Positions 39,690 through 53,535 of a DNA stretch of 64,000 nucleotides are shown piece after piece; position 1 is the first letter of the stretch; each line of letters starts with the position of its first letter. The DNA is from Hypanus sabinus (Eukaryota). Below the pieces are notes generated by a model. The model did not search any database and was not told the origin of the DNA. It was given only the letters and a program-made list of their open reading frames with translations. Both the position numbers and the translations under genes were made by a program. The DNA is taken from the NCBI RefSeq assembly GCF_030144855.1, contig NC_082714.1, positions 95,728,001 to 95,792,000 of the forward strand, read 5' to 3'.

Positions 39690-41530
39690 ATCCTGCCTTT
39701 CTCTTTTCTCGATCATTTTGAAATTCTCTCCCGGGTCTTTGAATGTAATCACCTACTATTTGTCCCAGATGGAAAAAAGCAGGATTTATCGGCCAAAATC
39801 AATTTTTCTCTCTATTTTCACTTCACCAGAAAGATCGAGTTCTGGTTCATCTCCAGTTACGATGTGAACACTCAAGCTCGTGGAATAAGAAGCAAACATC
39901 GCGGATTAATACGTTTGTTCTCACCATCTTGTTGTCTATGGACGACTATTCAAAATTCACATTTATATCAGCGAAATTTTGAAACATAAAAGGGAATATG
40001 CCACTGTCGACTGACTTTGAAGTAAATAACATGAATCCTAGGTGTTCTTGTACACTGGGGGCTTAGGGTGGAAGGTTTTGCATGAGGCAGTGCCGTGCAA
40101 TGGATTTCTCAGCCGGTTCACTGACATCCTGCCTAACTGTTCTTTTTGTGGTCGGGAGGAATCAGTCTATCTAGTCTGGTATGGAGTCTGAGAGGTTCCA
40201 GCTTTTTCTGTGTACCCGTTGTTCTGCTCCTCAGGTTCCGTTTGAATTTCAGCCCATCTCTTCTCATATATGGTCACTCAGCAGGGTAGATGAAGGGTTT
40301 ATTTACGAACGGTCAATCGAGAGCTTTTTTCGAGCCGATTTCTGCAGCACTTCCAGGGTTGTTTTCATGCCTGAATATACTTAGAAAAGGTTCATGCTGT
40401 CACTTTGGACACAGTGGGGGGATTTCAAGGAACTATAGTTTGACCAAGGGAGTTTATAGATAACAGTAGCCATATTTTAATTGGAAATTGTAAATACCTC
40501 GGCAAATCCCTGATGGTTGTTGGCATTCTATGAGTAAATGAACGTTTGCTGTTGTTGAAAAAAAAACACCCTTCGCTGTTCCGCTGTCTTTCAATGGAAA
40601 CGAGTGTACAGCAACATCCATTGGGGGAAGATGTAAGAGTAATTATATATGGCATGCAACTTTAAGGGCAGTGTTACAAAGTTAGCGAATTGTGAGAGCC
40701 TGCGGCTTTAAGATCAGACAACCCTGCCAGTCAAATAGAGGCACGCGTGCCTTTAAGAGGCGTTCTTCAGTATTAAAGAATCGAATTATTCAGTCATCTC
40801 TTGGGTAAGGATAGGAACAAAATTTCGTGAAATGCAGCCGTGAGTGGCTGCACAGGTGTGATCTGAATATTTGCAGAGAGAGTGTTAATTCTCAGGATGG
40901 TGACAATGTATTTGAAAGAAAGAAAATGATTAATATGTTTCCTTCCTTAGTGAGAACGGGAAAGATTTCCTGTACTCTAGAGACCATACACGAGAGAACG
41001 TCTAAATTGTCAACGATCAATTCATATGAATTACATGAATTACATGAATTCATACTTTGGACCGATCAAAGGTGAAATAATCCGACGAGTTCCTTAAAAT
41101 TAGATCACGAGACCGGTACGATCCATGCAGTGAGCTGATTAAACAAGTGAACATTAAGTGGCAGTAAAGTGCAACCAAGGACCATGGTGGGCCCTGAAAA
41201 AAAATTGTCAGCAGAAAGGAAAATAAATCTTCGTCAGATTCATGAGCAGATTGCTCATCGACTAGAGAACCTTACACGGGTATAGTGGAGGGACTTCAGC
41301 CCATCAAGTCTTTTAAATACAGACTGAAGACTATTCGATTAATCAAACAACGTTCACAGAAAAAAGAGGATCCTGTTCAACCACCCATCGTAAGGGAATA
41401 CGAAGCATTCTTTCCTAGTGTAAATGCAAGACTCCTTTTAGTTTCCCACAGCTCATTCCTGCTCATAATCTTCATCATCCCGATGTAGAAATGTATTCAA
41501 CAATTACATGAAGATGACAAAATGTCCTAA
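39690..41530. repeat. Old tandem duplication D, copy 2
   Basis: See copy 1. It lacks the roughly 0.9 kb of extra sequence at about 34500-35400. Confidence 0.75.
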
Positions 41531-41809
41531 AACCGTCTGGTTAAAAAAAGATGAAGAAAGTTCAAAGGTCAAAATAAATTTATTATCGTGGCACGTAAAC
41601 GGGATGTCACGATATACTACTCCGAGATTCAGGTTCTTGCAGGCATTCACAGGAACGAAGAAATACAATAGAATCAATGAAAAACCAGAATCCGAAGGGT
41701 CAAATAGAGGACATTATGAAAGCCAATGTCCCAAAAGCTCTTTTTGCGACCCTCTCTACTTGTGACAACACCCTCAAGGAATTGAGGATCTTGATGCTCT
41801 GATCTTTCT

Positions 41810-42755
41810 CATCTATTGCACACCTCAGTGTCCCGCCTTTCACGGTGTCACGAGTCAGCTTACAGAGAGGAGGTGCAGAGGCTAACGGACTGGTGCAGAG
41901 CCAATAACCTGTCTCTTAATGTGAACAAAACAAAAGAGATGGTTGTTGACTTCAAGAGGGCACAAAGTGACCACTGCCCGTTGAACATCGACGGCTCCTC
42001 GGTAGAGATCGTAAAGAGCACCAAGTTTCTTGGTGTTCACCTGACGGAGAATCTCACCTGGTCTCTCAACACCTGCTCCATAGCAAAGAAAGCCCAGCAG
42101 CGTCTCTACTTTCTGCGAAGGCTGAAGGAAGACCATCTCCCACCCCCCACCCCCCATCCTCATCACATTCTACAGGGGTTGTACTGAGAGCATCCTGAGC
42201 AGCTGCATCACTGCCTGGTTCGGAAATTGTACCATCTCGGATCGCAAGACCCTGAAGCGGATAGTGAGGTCAGCTGAGAAGATCATCGGGGTCTCTCTTC
42301 CCGCCATCACGGACATTTACACTACACGCAGCATCCACAAAGGAAACAGCATTATGAAGGACCCCATGACCCCTCATACAATCTCTTCTCAGTCCTGTCG
42401 TCTGGGAAAATGCTCCAAAGCATTCGGGCTCTCACGACCAGACTAGGTAACAGTTTCTTCCCCAAGCTATCAGACTCCTCAATACCCGAAGCCTGGACTG
42501 ACACCTTGCCCTATTGTCCTGTTTATTATTTATTGTAAAGCCTGCACTTTTTTTGTGCACTTTATGCAGTCCAGTGTAGGTCTATAGTCTAGTGTAGCTT
42601 TCTCTGTGTTGTTTTTTTTTATTACGTAGATCAGTCTAGTTTTTGTACTGTGTCATGTAACACCATGGTCCTGAAAAACGTTGTCTCATTTTACTATGCA
42701 CTGTACCAGCAGTTATGGTCGAAATACAATAAAAGTGACTTGACTTGACTTGTAA
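41810..42755 (+). mobile_element. Rex1/Babar-like LINE 3' part with (TTGAC)n tail
   Basis: NNLSLNVNKTKEMVVDF, KFLGVHL, AQQRLYFLRRLK. Confidence 0.85.
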
Positions 42756-42769
42756 GTCCGACCCTCGTT

Positions 42770-42770
42770 T

Positions 42771-42811
<41 letters not shown>

Positions 42812-43545
42812 GATACTTTATTGATCCCGAGGGAAATTGGGTTTCGTTACAGTCGCACCAACCAAGAATAGTGTAGACAATATAGCAATATAAACCATAA
42901 ATAATTAAATAATAATAAGTAAATTATGCCAAGTGGAAATAAGCCCAGGACCAGCCTATTTTCTCAGGGTGTCTGACACTCCGAGGGAGAAGTTGTAAAG
43001 TTTGATGGCCACAGGCAGAAATGGCTTCCTATAACGCTCAGTGTTGAATCTCGGTGGGATTAGTCTCTGGCTGAACGTACTCCTGTGCCTAACCAGTACG
43101 TTATGGAGTGGATGGGAGACATTGTCCAAGATGGCATGCAACTTGGACAGCATTCTCTTTCTAGACACCACCGTCAGAGAGTCCAGTTCCACCCCCACAA
43201 CATCACTGGCCTTACGAATGAGTTTGTTGATTCTGTTGATGTCTACTACCCTCAGCCTGCTGCCCCAGCACACAACAGCAAACATGATAGCACTGGCCAC
43301 CACAGCCTCGTAGAGCATCCTCAGCATCGTTCGGCAGATGTTAAAGGACCTCAGTCTCCTTAGGAAATAGAGACGGCTCTGACCCTTCTTGTAGACAGCT
43401 TCAGTGTTCTTTGACCAGTCTAGTTTATTGTCAATTCGTATCCCCAGGTATTTGTAAGACTCCACCATGTCCACACTGACCCCTTGGATGGAAACAGGGT
43501 TCACTGGTGCCTTAGCCCTCCTCAGGTCCACCACCAGTTCCTTAG
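42770..43545 (-). mobile_element. Rex1/Babar-like LINE 3' part, open 192 aa, with (CAGA)n tail
   Basis: YKYLGIRIDNKLDW, KKGQSRLYFLRRLRSF. Confidence 0.85.
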
Positions 43546-44394
43546 TTTATTCTGCTGATGTCAAACTTCTCACGCTTGTCTTCATTAAAATCCATCTGAC
43601 AATTTCAACCTGAAACAAATAGCCAAATTTGGAATTAAATCAATCTCAATATATTATTTCCATTCAAGTTCAATTGAGGAAGTTTTTCCTAAAAGTTTAT
43701 TATAAATAGTAGAGAAAAATACATAATTTGCCTTTCTGGAACAGAAGAAAAAATATGGATTGAAATCGTCAAAAAGTCGACTGTTTATTCATTTTCATAG
43801 ATACTGCTTCACCTACCGATTTCCTTCAGGATTTTGTAAGCCTTCCTTTGGATTTCCAGATTCTGCAGAATCTCTTGCATGTATGGCGTGAAACTTGTTA
43901 AATTAGTTGTCTATCTTTCAGGTTATGAAATCTAATCATATGGTGATTAATCCATCTGCTTCACAGATTCTTCCAAGATTTGAAAGTGTTTAAATATACG
44001 TTTTCTGCTGGAAGAACTGAACATTTCTAACTCTGATGACAAGCGGTTTTAATTACGATCTCGTGTCATTTTGAGCGGCTCCGAACAGAAAAAACATATT
44101 TTACCATATATTTTTCTGTTATGTGGTCATTGCATAAAGGCCGTTCTGCATCATTACAAGTATGCTTGCTTTTGTCAAAAATGACAGAGTTCTATCTCCC
44201 TCATTGTATTAATATAGTACTAACATGTTTAATTGCCATAGAAGGCTGTGCAGGCCGTTCGATATATAGTATTTAAAGTGGAGGTTGATAGGTTCTTGAT
44301 GAGTAAGAACATCAAAGGTTACGAGGAGAAGGCAGGAGAATGAGGTTGTGAGGGATAATGATTGATTCTATTATGGTTATTGGATGTATTGATT

Positions 44395-44486
44395 TTAGAA
44401 TCAGAATCAGAATCAGCTTTATTATTACCGGCATGTGACGTGGTATTTTTTAACTTAGCAGCAGCAGTTTAATGCAATACATAATC

Positions 44487-44563
<77 letters not shown>

Positions 44564-45650
44564 AGTAATACAGTAAATAAAATAAAACATAATAATAAAT
44601 AAACAAGTAAATCAATTACGTATTTTGAATACATTATTAAAATGTGCAAAAACAGAAATACTGTATATTTAAGAAAGTGAGGTAGTGTCCAAAGCTTCAA
44701 AGTCCATTTAGGAATCGGCTGGCAGAGGGGAAGAAGCTGTTCCTGAATCGCTCAGTGTGTGCCTTGAGGCTTCTGTACCTCCTACCTGATGGTAACGGTG
44801 AGAAAAGGGCATGCCCTGGGTGCTGGAGGTCTTTAATAATGAACGCTGGCTTTCTGAAACACCGCTCCCGAAAGATGTCCTGGGTACTTAGTAGGCTAGT
44901 GCCCAAGATGCAGCTGTCTAGATTTACAACCTTGTGCAGCTTCTTTCGGTCCTGTGTAATAGCCCCTCCATACCAGTCAGTGAAGCAACTTGTCAGAATG
45001 CTCTCCACGGTACAACTATAGAAGTTTTTGAGTATATTTGTTGACATGCCAAATCTCTTCGAACTCCTAATAAAGTATAGCCGCTTTCTTGCCTTGATTA
45101 TGACTACATCAATATGTTGAGACCAGGTTAGATCCTCAGAGGTCTTGATACCCAGGAACCTGAAGCTGCTCACTCACTCCACTTCTGATCCCTCTATGAG
45201 GATTGGGATGTATTCCTTCGTCTTACCCTTCCTGAAGTCCACAATCAGCTCTTTTGTCTTTATGACGTTGAGTGTCAGGTTATTGCTGCAGCACTACTCC
45301 ACTATTTGGCATATCTCAATCCTGTACGCCCTCTCGTCACCACCTGAGATTCTACCAACAATGGCTGTATCATCAGCAAATTTATAAATGGTATTTGAGC
45401 TATGCCTAGCCACACAGCCATGTGTATATAGAGAGCAGAGCAGTGGGCTAAGCGTACACCCCGAGGTGCGTCAGTATTGATCGTCAGCGAGGAGGAGATA
45501 TTATCACCAATCCACACCGATTGTGGTCTTCCGGTTAGGAAGTCAAGGATCCAATAACAGAGGGAGGTACAGAAGCCCAGGTTCTGCAACTTCTCAGTCA
45601 GGATTGTGGGAATGATGGTATTAAATGCTGAGCGATAGTCGATTACCCGC
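44395..45650 (-). mobile_element. Rex1/Babar-like LINE with (AGAATC)n tail and (GA)n 44493-44558
   Basis: [30 protein letters not shown]. Confidence 0.85.
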
Positions 45651-45869
45651 AAAAAATGAATCTAAGTTGTGTATGGAGACATATATCCACTTTGATATAA
45701 ATTTACTTTGAACTTTGAAGATACATCAACCATGATGGAATAGTGGAGCAGATTTATGTGCCGAATGGCTGATCTTTGCTCCTAAATCCTGTGGTCTAAT
45801 GCAGTACGTTCTGAGCAGAGCAGAAACTGTGCTTTCTCTTTTCTCCTATGATCGTAATATGATTATGAT

Positions 45870-47060
45870 TAGGAATAGTCAGCATGGCTTTGTCAAAAGC
45901 AGGTTGTGCCTTATGAGCCTGATTGAATTTTTTTGAGGATGTGACTGAACACATTTATGAAGGTAGTGCCGCAGATGTAGTGTTTATGGATTTCAGCAAG
46001 GCAGTTGATAAGGTACCCCATGCAAGGCTTATTGAGAAAGTAAGGAGGAATGGGATCCAAGGGTGTGTCTCAGGGATCTGTTCTGGGACCCCCACCCTTC
46101 GTGATTTTTATAAATGACCTGGATGAGGAAGTGGAGAGATTGGTTAGTAAATTTGGTGATGAAACCAAGGTTGGGGGTGTTGTGGATAGTGTGGAGGGTT
46201 GTCAGAGGTTACAACGGGATTTTAATAGGGTGCAAAAGTGGGCTGAGAAGTGGCAGATGGAATTCAACCCAGTTAAGTGTGAGATGGCTCATTTTGGTAG
46301 GTCAATTATGATGGCAGAATATAGCACTAATGGTAAGACTCTTGGCAGTGTGGAGGATCAGAGGGACCTTGGGGTCCGAGTCCATAGGACACTCAAAGCT
46401 GCTATGCAGGTTGACTCTGTGGTTAAGAAGTTATATGGTTCATTGACCTTCATCAATCATGGGATTGAGTTTAAGGGCCGAGAGGTGATGTTGCAGCTGT
46501 ATAAGACCATGGTCAGACCCCACTTGGAGTACTGTGCTCAGTTCTGGTCGCCCCACTACAGGAATAACGTAGAAACCATAGAAAGGGTGAAGAGGAGATT
46601 TACAAGGATGTTGTCTGGATTGGGGAGCATGCCTTATGAGAACTGGTTGAGTGAACTCAGCCTTTTCTCCTTGGAACGACGGAGGATGAGAAGCGACCTG
46701 ATTGAGGTGCACGAGATCATGAGAGGCCTTGATCGTGTGGATAGTCAGAGGCTTTTTCCCAGGGTGAAATGGCTAGCACGAGAGGGTATAGTTTTAAGGT
46801 GCTTGGAAGTAGGTACAGAGAAGATGTCAGGGATATGTTTCTTAAGCAGAGAGTGGTGAGTGCGTGGGATGGGCTGCCGGCGGAGGTGGTGGATGCAGAA
46901 AAAATAGGGTCTTTAAAGAGACTCCTGGATAGATACATGGAATTAGAAAAATAGAGGACTATGGGCAAAGCTTCGATAGTTCTAAGGTAAGGACATGTTC
47001 GCCACAGCTTTGTGGACCCAAGGGCCTGTATTGCGCTGTAGGTTTTCTCTGTTTCTATGT
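45870..47060 (+). mobile_element. CR1-like LINE RT to 3' end
   Basis: DFSKAVDKVPH, GVSQGSVLGP, SKFGDETK; 269-aa open stretch. Confidence 0.9.
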
Positions 47061-47779
47061 CACTAGTGCAAGTGTTTGTAATAAATCAAAGTGTGTGTTT
47101 CAGTTAATAGCAGTGGCTTTATTAAGGAGAATGAAACAAATTCATCCCCAAAATGTCTTTTATCCCGTCTGCACCCAGTTATTCAATACTGGCTCATCAG
47201 GCATATAACTTTACCAGTCGGTGAAGGAAGTGGTGGGGAGGAAAAGTTTGGCCTTTTGCAAGGAGGTGAATTACAAAAGTGTGGCTTGTTGCTGCATCAC
47301 TACTGGCCCGAGGTTAGAGTGTCTGTTTACTGTAAACAGGTCTGTTTCTTGTATGAAATATTACCCTGGCTATGGAGACTGTGTTCTCTGGATGGGAGGA
47401 TTCACAGGTGAGCAGATGTTGAGATGGATACGCCTAAGTCTCTGCGGTTAAGAGAAATGAGGGTCAAATGCTTTGAAAGTCTGGATACTAAATAAACACA
47501 GAGTATATCTGATGTGAAACATAGGACTCCGTGCCTCACTCCCAGCGATTTACTGATATTTAATCACTAATAAAGTTGCAAATGGGGATCGACAGGTGCT
47601 TGGAAATTGAGAGATTCCAAAGACATGAGAAAAACGCCAGACGATTCTCCAGTGACCTTCAGTCATGAAAAGAGAAGTTGATTCCAGGAGCCCACCGCTG
47701 TTTTGTTCACCGTTTGTATGTCGCGTGAAGAAATTTCACAGATTGCTTCTTTCTCCTGTGATAACTCGTGCAAATCTTT

Positions 47780-48660
47780 GTGATGAAAGAAATGGTTTAT
47801 TTCAGTAAATATCAATGGCTGTGTTAAAAAGAATGTATATGTATATATTCCATGCCCTCACGTTCATGTTCATGTCCACAGTCTGCTGCGTTTAGTTTCA
47901 AGGAATGAGAGAGACTGCAAGCGCCCGAATCCAACCTGGCTGACCTCGGAAAGTTTCCCTGGACACGCATCTCATCCGGCTGCCCGATAATTATTCTGAA
48001 TTTATCAGAGTTGTGACTGTCAGCATCCACTCAGCACTCTCGCTCTTTCACTCGCACACGCTTACCCAGACACATANNNNNNNNNNNNNNNNNNNNNNNN
48101 NNNNNNNNNNNNNNNNNNNNNNNNNNNNNNNNNNNNNNNNNNNNNNNNNNNNNNNNNNNNNNNNNNNNNNNNNNNNNNNNNNNNNNNNNNNNNNNNNNNN
48201 NNNNNNNNNNNNNNNNNNNNNNNNNNNNNNNNNNNNNNNNNNNGGAGTTTAAAGATTGCCAACATATTTAATATGACTTTTTGAAGAAAACATAGTTTGA
48301 AAATATGAGCATTTTAGAGATTAAACTTAAGTCTGAGACTTTGCCACTAATTGCATTGTCTCAATGGAAGATATTTTAGGAATTTTAAGATCTCCACCGG
48401 CTCTTTCTCTGTCTCCCCGGGACCCAGTGACCGCACCAGCAGCACCGCTTAACAAACAAGACAGAAACAGCATCAATTTGTGTAACTGTAGCTAAATAAG
48501 GGCTGTGCAAACACCGCCCGGTCCCCACGGGGATATGACGGAGTTTACATCTGCATCAGTGTCACTCGCAGACACAGGCTGACCGACTCTGTGAACCATC
48601 GTCAGCGCTGGTTAATTCGACTGAACAGTGTCTCGTGGTCAGTTTTGGGAGAATAGGCAA
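47780..48660. repeat. Unidentified segment, copy C (inverted relative to A and B)
   Basis: Reverse complement reads ccccgtggggacc...ttatttagctacagttacacaaat...ggtcactgggtcccgggg, matching A/B. gcagcagactgtg matches gcagcacactgtg beyond the N-gap. Confidence 0.8.
48077..48243. other. N-gap
   Basis: Run of N. Confidence 0.99.
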
Positions 48661-49149
48661 ATGTTCGAGTTAATCACCAAGTGAGTTATGATCTCAGATT
48701 ACAGCTCCTCCAAACCGTGTTCACATCCCCAAACCAGCTTCACTCAGACAAAGATATAGGAGGGAAGAGGGACGACATTCGGCCCCCGAAACCACATACC
48801 AGTTCAGATAACATATTTCGTACCCTTGGCTACAATTTCCCTTTTTCTACACCTTCCCAGTCTCCTCCGATTCTCACTTTCCTCAAAAACACACTAGTTA
48901 TTTTTACTTCAATACCCTTCTGGTTGGAGTATCGGTTAAATAGTGAAACCCAGAAAATATCAGCCCCACCCAATGACAAAAAAATGTAATTTCTCCAAAG
49001 CGAGACACCATCCTCTGAAATGAGAATACTACTCCAATACCACCCTACACCCCAGTGGAGGTTGCTTCCTGTTCGCCATCTGTTTTATTATTCCACCAAA
49101 TATGGAATATTGTAAGCAGTTTTGGGTTCCGTATCTGGCGAGAATGAGC

Positions 49150-49600
49150 CTGGGAAAGGGTTAAGTAAAGAAGAGCGCTTATATCTCTGTGTCTGTACTC
49201 TCTCGAATTTAGAAGATTGAGCTGAGGGGAGTGTCTGATTGGAACATCGAATATCGGAAGGACCGGATAAAGTGGATCTGGAGAGGATATTTCCTATAGT
49301 GGCCGAGTCCAGGACCAAGGGGCACAATCTCTGAATAAAAGCACATCCGTTTGTAACTGAGGCGAGGAGAAATTTCTTTCGACAGAGGGTAGAGAGTCTT
49401 TGAACTTCAATGCCATTGTGACTGCAGAGGACAAATCATTGGTATGTTTCAAACGGAGGATGATAGGTTCTTGTTGAGAAACTGCGTCAAAAGTTATAGG
49501 GAGAAGGCAGGATAATGCGGTTAAGAACGATAGCAAATCAGCCATGAATGAATGATGGAGTAATAGCAACATAATTTTGACCTTATGTCTTATAGTCTTA
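49150..49600 (+). mobile_element. CR1-like 3' fragment
   Basis: gagtccaggaccaaggggcacaatctc...gaggagaaatttcttt. Confidence 0.6.
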
Positions 49601-50007
49601 TAGGCTTAGGTCGTCTTTCAGCTTCAGTTGTAAGCTAAACAGACCTGTGGCCTCTGCTCTTCCTTATGGGGCGCAGCTCACAGCCTCGGTGCCATCGGTG
49701 CCTCGGAAGGAAACCCATGCATGAGCTTCAGCGCCATGCAGGTCTAGCGGATAGATTTGTATAAACGTCTCTTTGAGGCGAGAGATAAAGCGACTGGACG
49801 CTGCTCACAGTGAAATTGAGTTGAATGAGTGGTTATCTTCAGAACATATTTTAAATAAACACCCAACTATAAGGATTTATTAGGGCACATTCTGAAAATT
49901 CCACTAATAGCACTCCAATTATACCATATTTCACCGAGGTCTCTTTACTGGGTTTACTGTTTGCCTCTGCTACGTACCACATTTACTTCGAGTTCAAGGC
50001 GCTTCAA

Positions 50008-50229
50008 NNNNNNNNNNNNNNNNNNNNNNNNNNNNNNNNNNNNNNNNNNNNNNNNNNNNNNNNNNNNNNNNNNNNNNNNNNNNNNNNNNNNNNNNNNNNN
50101 NNNNNNNNNNNNNNNNNNNNNNNNNNNNNNNNNNNNNNNNNNNNNNNNNNNNNNNNNNNNNNNNNNNNNNNNNNNNNNNNNNNNNNNNNNNNNNNNNNNN
50201 NNNNNNNNNNNNNNNNNNNNNNNNNNNNN
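50008..50229. other. N-gap
   Basis: Run of N. Confidence 0.99.
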
Positions 50230-50269
50230 CCGGTAATGCGGTAATGGAATGCTAACGGGCTAGCAAGAG

Positions 50270-50705
50270 ACTTGAGACACAGCAGTACAATAGGCCTGAA
50301 CTGGTGCGATTTGTGATGGGATTTGAAATGCCTTGAGTCTGCTTCTATTCCAGTCGATTGCGACCATAAATATCCAGTCTTCGTTGCCTAAGCTAGACAC
50401 GCAAACCAGGGCAGTATGATACAGAGAGCGAGCTGTTGCCCATGCAGTAGGCGCCCCCTCTCTACGCAGCCGCAGGAGTCGCCAGTCAGCGTTGAACTCA
50501 ACATAGGACTGCCTGATGCACCCCAGCTTCAGATATTTCCTCAGGATTTACTCCCGAAGTCTCCCCCATGAGTGGGTATGCTCACAAGACAGTGAGAGTT
50601 TGAGTTCAGAGGTTTCCTTCTCGTAGATCAGCTGTCAACCACGGCTAACGAGCCCTATCTGGCCGAAGCAAATGGGTTTAAAGTGCCAGTAAGCCGCCTG
50701 CGTCT
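50270..50705. mobile_element. Interspersed non-coding repeat, family unassigned
   Basis: Resembles short interspersed elements of fishes, from memory; no protein motif. Confidence 0.35.
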
Positions 50706-51079
50706 CTTAATAATCAATAGTGAGGTATTGGATTAACGGACTATTGGAATATCCTGTTAGTTGAAACGGTCACGGCGCGTTTAGCGGTTAAACATCCCGT
50801 GAAGTCCAGAATCTAAACTTGGTGGTCAGCGGCTATTTCAGTCGTACGCCATTTGGACCATCTCATATGTAGTGGGAGCTCCCCCCACCCCCCAGGACCC
50901 AACACCCCACATCCCCACCGCCTTCTCCACCAGAATATGATAAACAAGGGCTCATGTGCTTGTATACTGATCTCTGGACGTTGGTACGTAAATGCGTCAT
51001 AAAACAAGCAATAGAAGAAAGGTTTACATTAGCGTGTGCTCATTTTTACTTGAGCGTTAAACAATGATGTTCTTTTCCT

Positions 51080-51350
51080 CTTAAGCCCACCACCCCTCCT
51101 GGGGCAAAGGCCGCCGACAGCATCACGCCAGAGTTCCGTGTCCTGAGCCGGATGTTGATCCAGTTTCGTCCATTTTCACCACACGGCTTCATACGTCTTC
51201 CAGGCCAAAATACTTCCTGTTCAGGAACTGGCGATTTAGGGGCTTCTGTTGGCGTTCCTGCAGCTCTGTGTTTTTACGGGATAGGTTTGCTAGACCCATG
51301 CCCAACCCTCCTACTTTCGCAGACTGGCTTGTGACTGTCCATGGGGGATG
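51080..51350 (-). mobile_element. RTE-like LINE 3' end
   Basis: Minus strand reads AQDTELWRDAVGGLCP, typical of RTE ORF C-termini. Confidence 0.5.
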
Positions 51351-52451
51351 AGTTGCTGCAATAACAAAGGATGCTCGTATGATCAGAATTGTGATATGGT
51401 GCGAGGGTGGGATCTTCCCGGGTACGATATATGAAATTACTGATGAAGCGAATATATCAATGTTTAATGCGGTTGATTTCCGTACAAAAGGAAATAAAGC
51501 AGACCGGGACTTTGTGTTTTTTTTTTTAACGGGAGGCCATCTAACTGAAACAACAGGATGGAAATGACAGAAATACATCGGTAATAGTTTTCCTGGTCGG
51601 GGTATTTAGAATCAAGCGTCAGTGTATCAAAACACAATTTGTGTCATTTCGAACCGAAATCAAAAAGATTTTCTTTCTGTGAACTTGATGATCAGTCGCT
51701 AAGGACATTCAAGAAAGGAACTGCTGGATCCTTAGATACAGGAGGAATTGATGCATACACATGTCGTGCAGAAACGCGGAACCCAGGGAACTTATTACCT
51801 GCGCTGTTATTTAATGGTAGGGGAGGCGCGATGATCCAGTGACCGAAAGGCCAACTGATGTTCTTAATCATTTTGTACAGGTTCACACTGCAGGTCCAAA
51901 GCGCCAATAGTTTTCAGGGTGGTGATCGTGGGGCCGATACAGGAGTTGTTGGAGTTGCGGACTTCCATGTTAAAAACAAGTACGTATGCCATCCCGCAGC
52001 TGATCCCAGAAGCGTTTTTGTTAGGTCAGGTGATGCATTCTTTGTCTTTAATTACCTGTCCCTACACAACACATTCAAGGTCTCAATCACTCAAGTTCTC
52101 AGTATGATAAATTAATTAACTTAGGTCTTAAATTTGCATTTTTTGTTTTTCTTTTACTCATTGTTTGTTTGTGTATAGTTTTTTTATTGATTCCAGTCGA
52201 TTGTTTTTGTTCTGTTCTAAATACCTGCAGAAAATGAATCTTATAGTAGTATATGGGCTCGAATGGTCTAGTTACTAGCGTGGATAATTTCACTTATAAT
52301 CAAAACTGAACTGATTCCACAACCTATGGACTCAATGTCAAGGACTCTGTAACTCATTGGTTGTGAAATCCGTTCAGTTTTGATTACGAATAAAATTATT
52401 TATGTATCAGTCTCTCTATCTGTCAATCTATCTATATGTACGTATCTCTCC

Positions 52452-52502
<51 letters not shown>

Positions 52503-53535
52503 CCTCCCTCTCTACCGGACTACTTATATATTTATTTATTATTTGTTGTTAATATTTACATCTAATTTTCCGAGCTCTCGTTAGTAAAACCCGAGGTACA
52601 GGGACAAGCATGCTCATTTGTCAATTGCCAAGAAATTTCCGACAATTCTAGGCTGTTTAGTAATGTGGCTTTCTGACGATTTACAAAGATATTACTGTAG
52701 CTTTAATTGTTTATTCCGATTGTGTAGTGCCGTTGGCATTACACCATTTGTAGAAAATACGATCGTCAATGTTCTCGTTTTTCCCGTGACAAAGTCTTTT
52801 AATTTCCTCTTTTAATAATAATAATAATTATTATTGTATTTCCTTAGTTTGTCTACTGCGCGTTGATGACTTGTCTCTCCTATGTGTAGGTTTTCATCGA
52901 TTCTTTTACAAATTTTGTTCTACTCGCTTTCAAAGATTCCACGATCATGTTCGCATTATTATATAATAAATTTATAATAAAATTACTATTTGTTTTTCTA
53001 TTTTCTTTTGCACACTGAATGTTTGTTAGTCTTTCTGTGCAGTTGTTCGCTGATTCATGTTCTACTGTGAATGCCTGTAAGAAAATGTATATGGTGACAT
53101 ATACATACCTTGATAATAAATTCAATTCGAAATTAAACTTTGATCATGAATCAATTGGGATTTATGAATTTCAGTGATCAGCTTTATTTAAATCCTGGCT
53201 CTAAAGGGAAGTAACGGCATGTTTATGACGTGGTTTATCAAACGCAAGAACTGTGTCAGTACATTCATATGTCTGTTCTAAAGACGGTGACAAGGATTTT
53301 TTGCAGAGAGTAGGTTTGGTCGCTCGCTGAGACCGACATTAGCTGCTGCATCTTGCTAAATGCAGCCGTCAATCGAATGTCTAATATCATGTCCACCACA
53401 ATCCCCATCCTCAATATTGATCAGACCGGATTGCCTTGGATCTTTGACATAACATAGCTAGACAAAAATATTTTGAAGGTAGATTTTAATATTTTTACGA
53501 TCATGGAATTTTCAAACAGTAGATTCCAGAGAACA

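Noticed and set aside
47300-47410. RLEC...YYPG stretch reminiscent of a V region
   Set aside because: No core Trp, no YYC, no leader or J. Similarity is too weak.
52132-52139. Perfect octamer ATTTGCAT 1.8 kb upstream of gene 2
   Set aside because: AT-rich context, no counterpart seen upstream of gene 1, and other perfect copies occur by chance inside transposons (e.g. 37530-37537).
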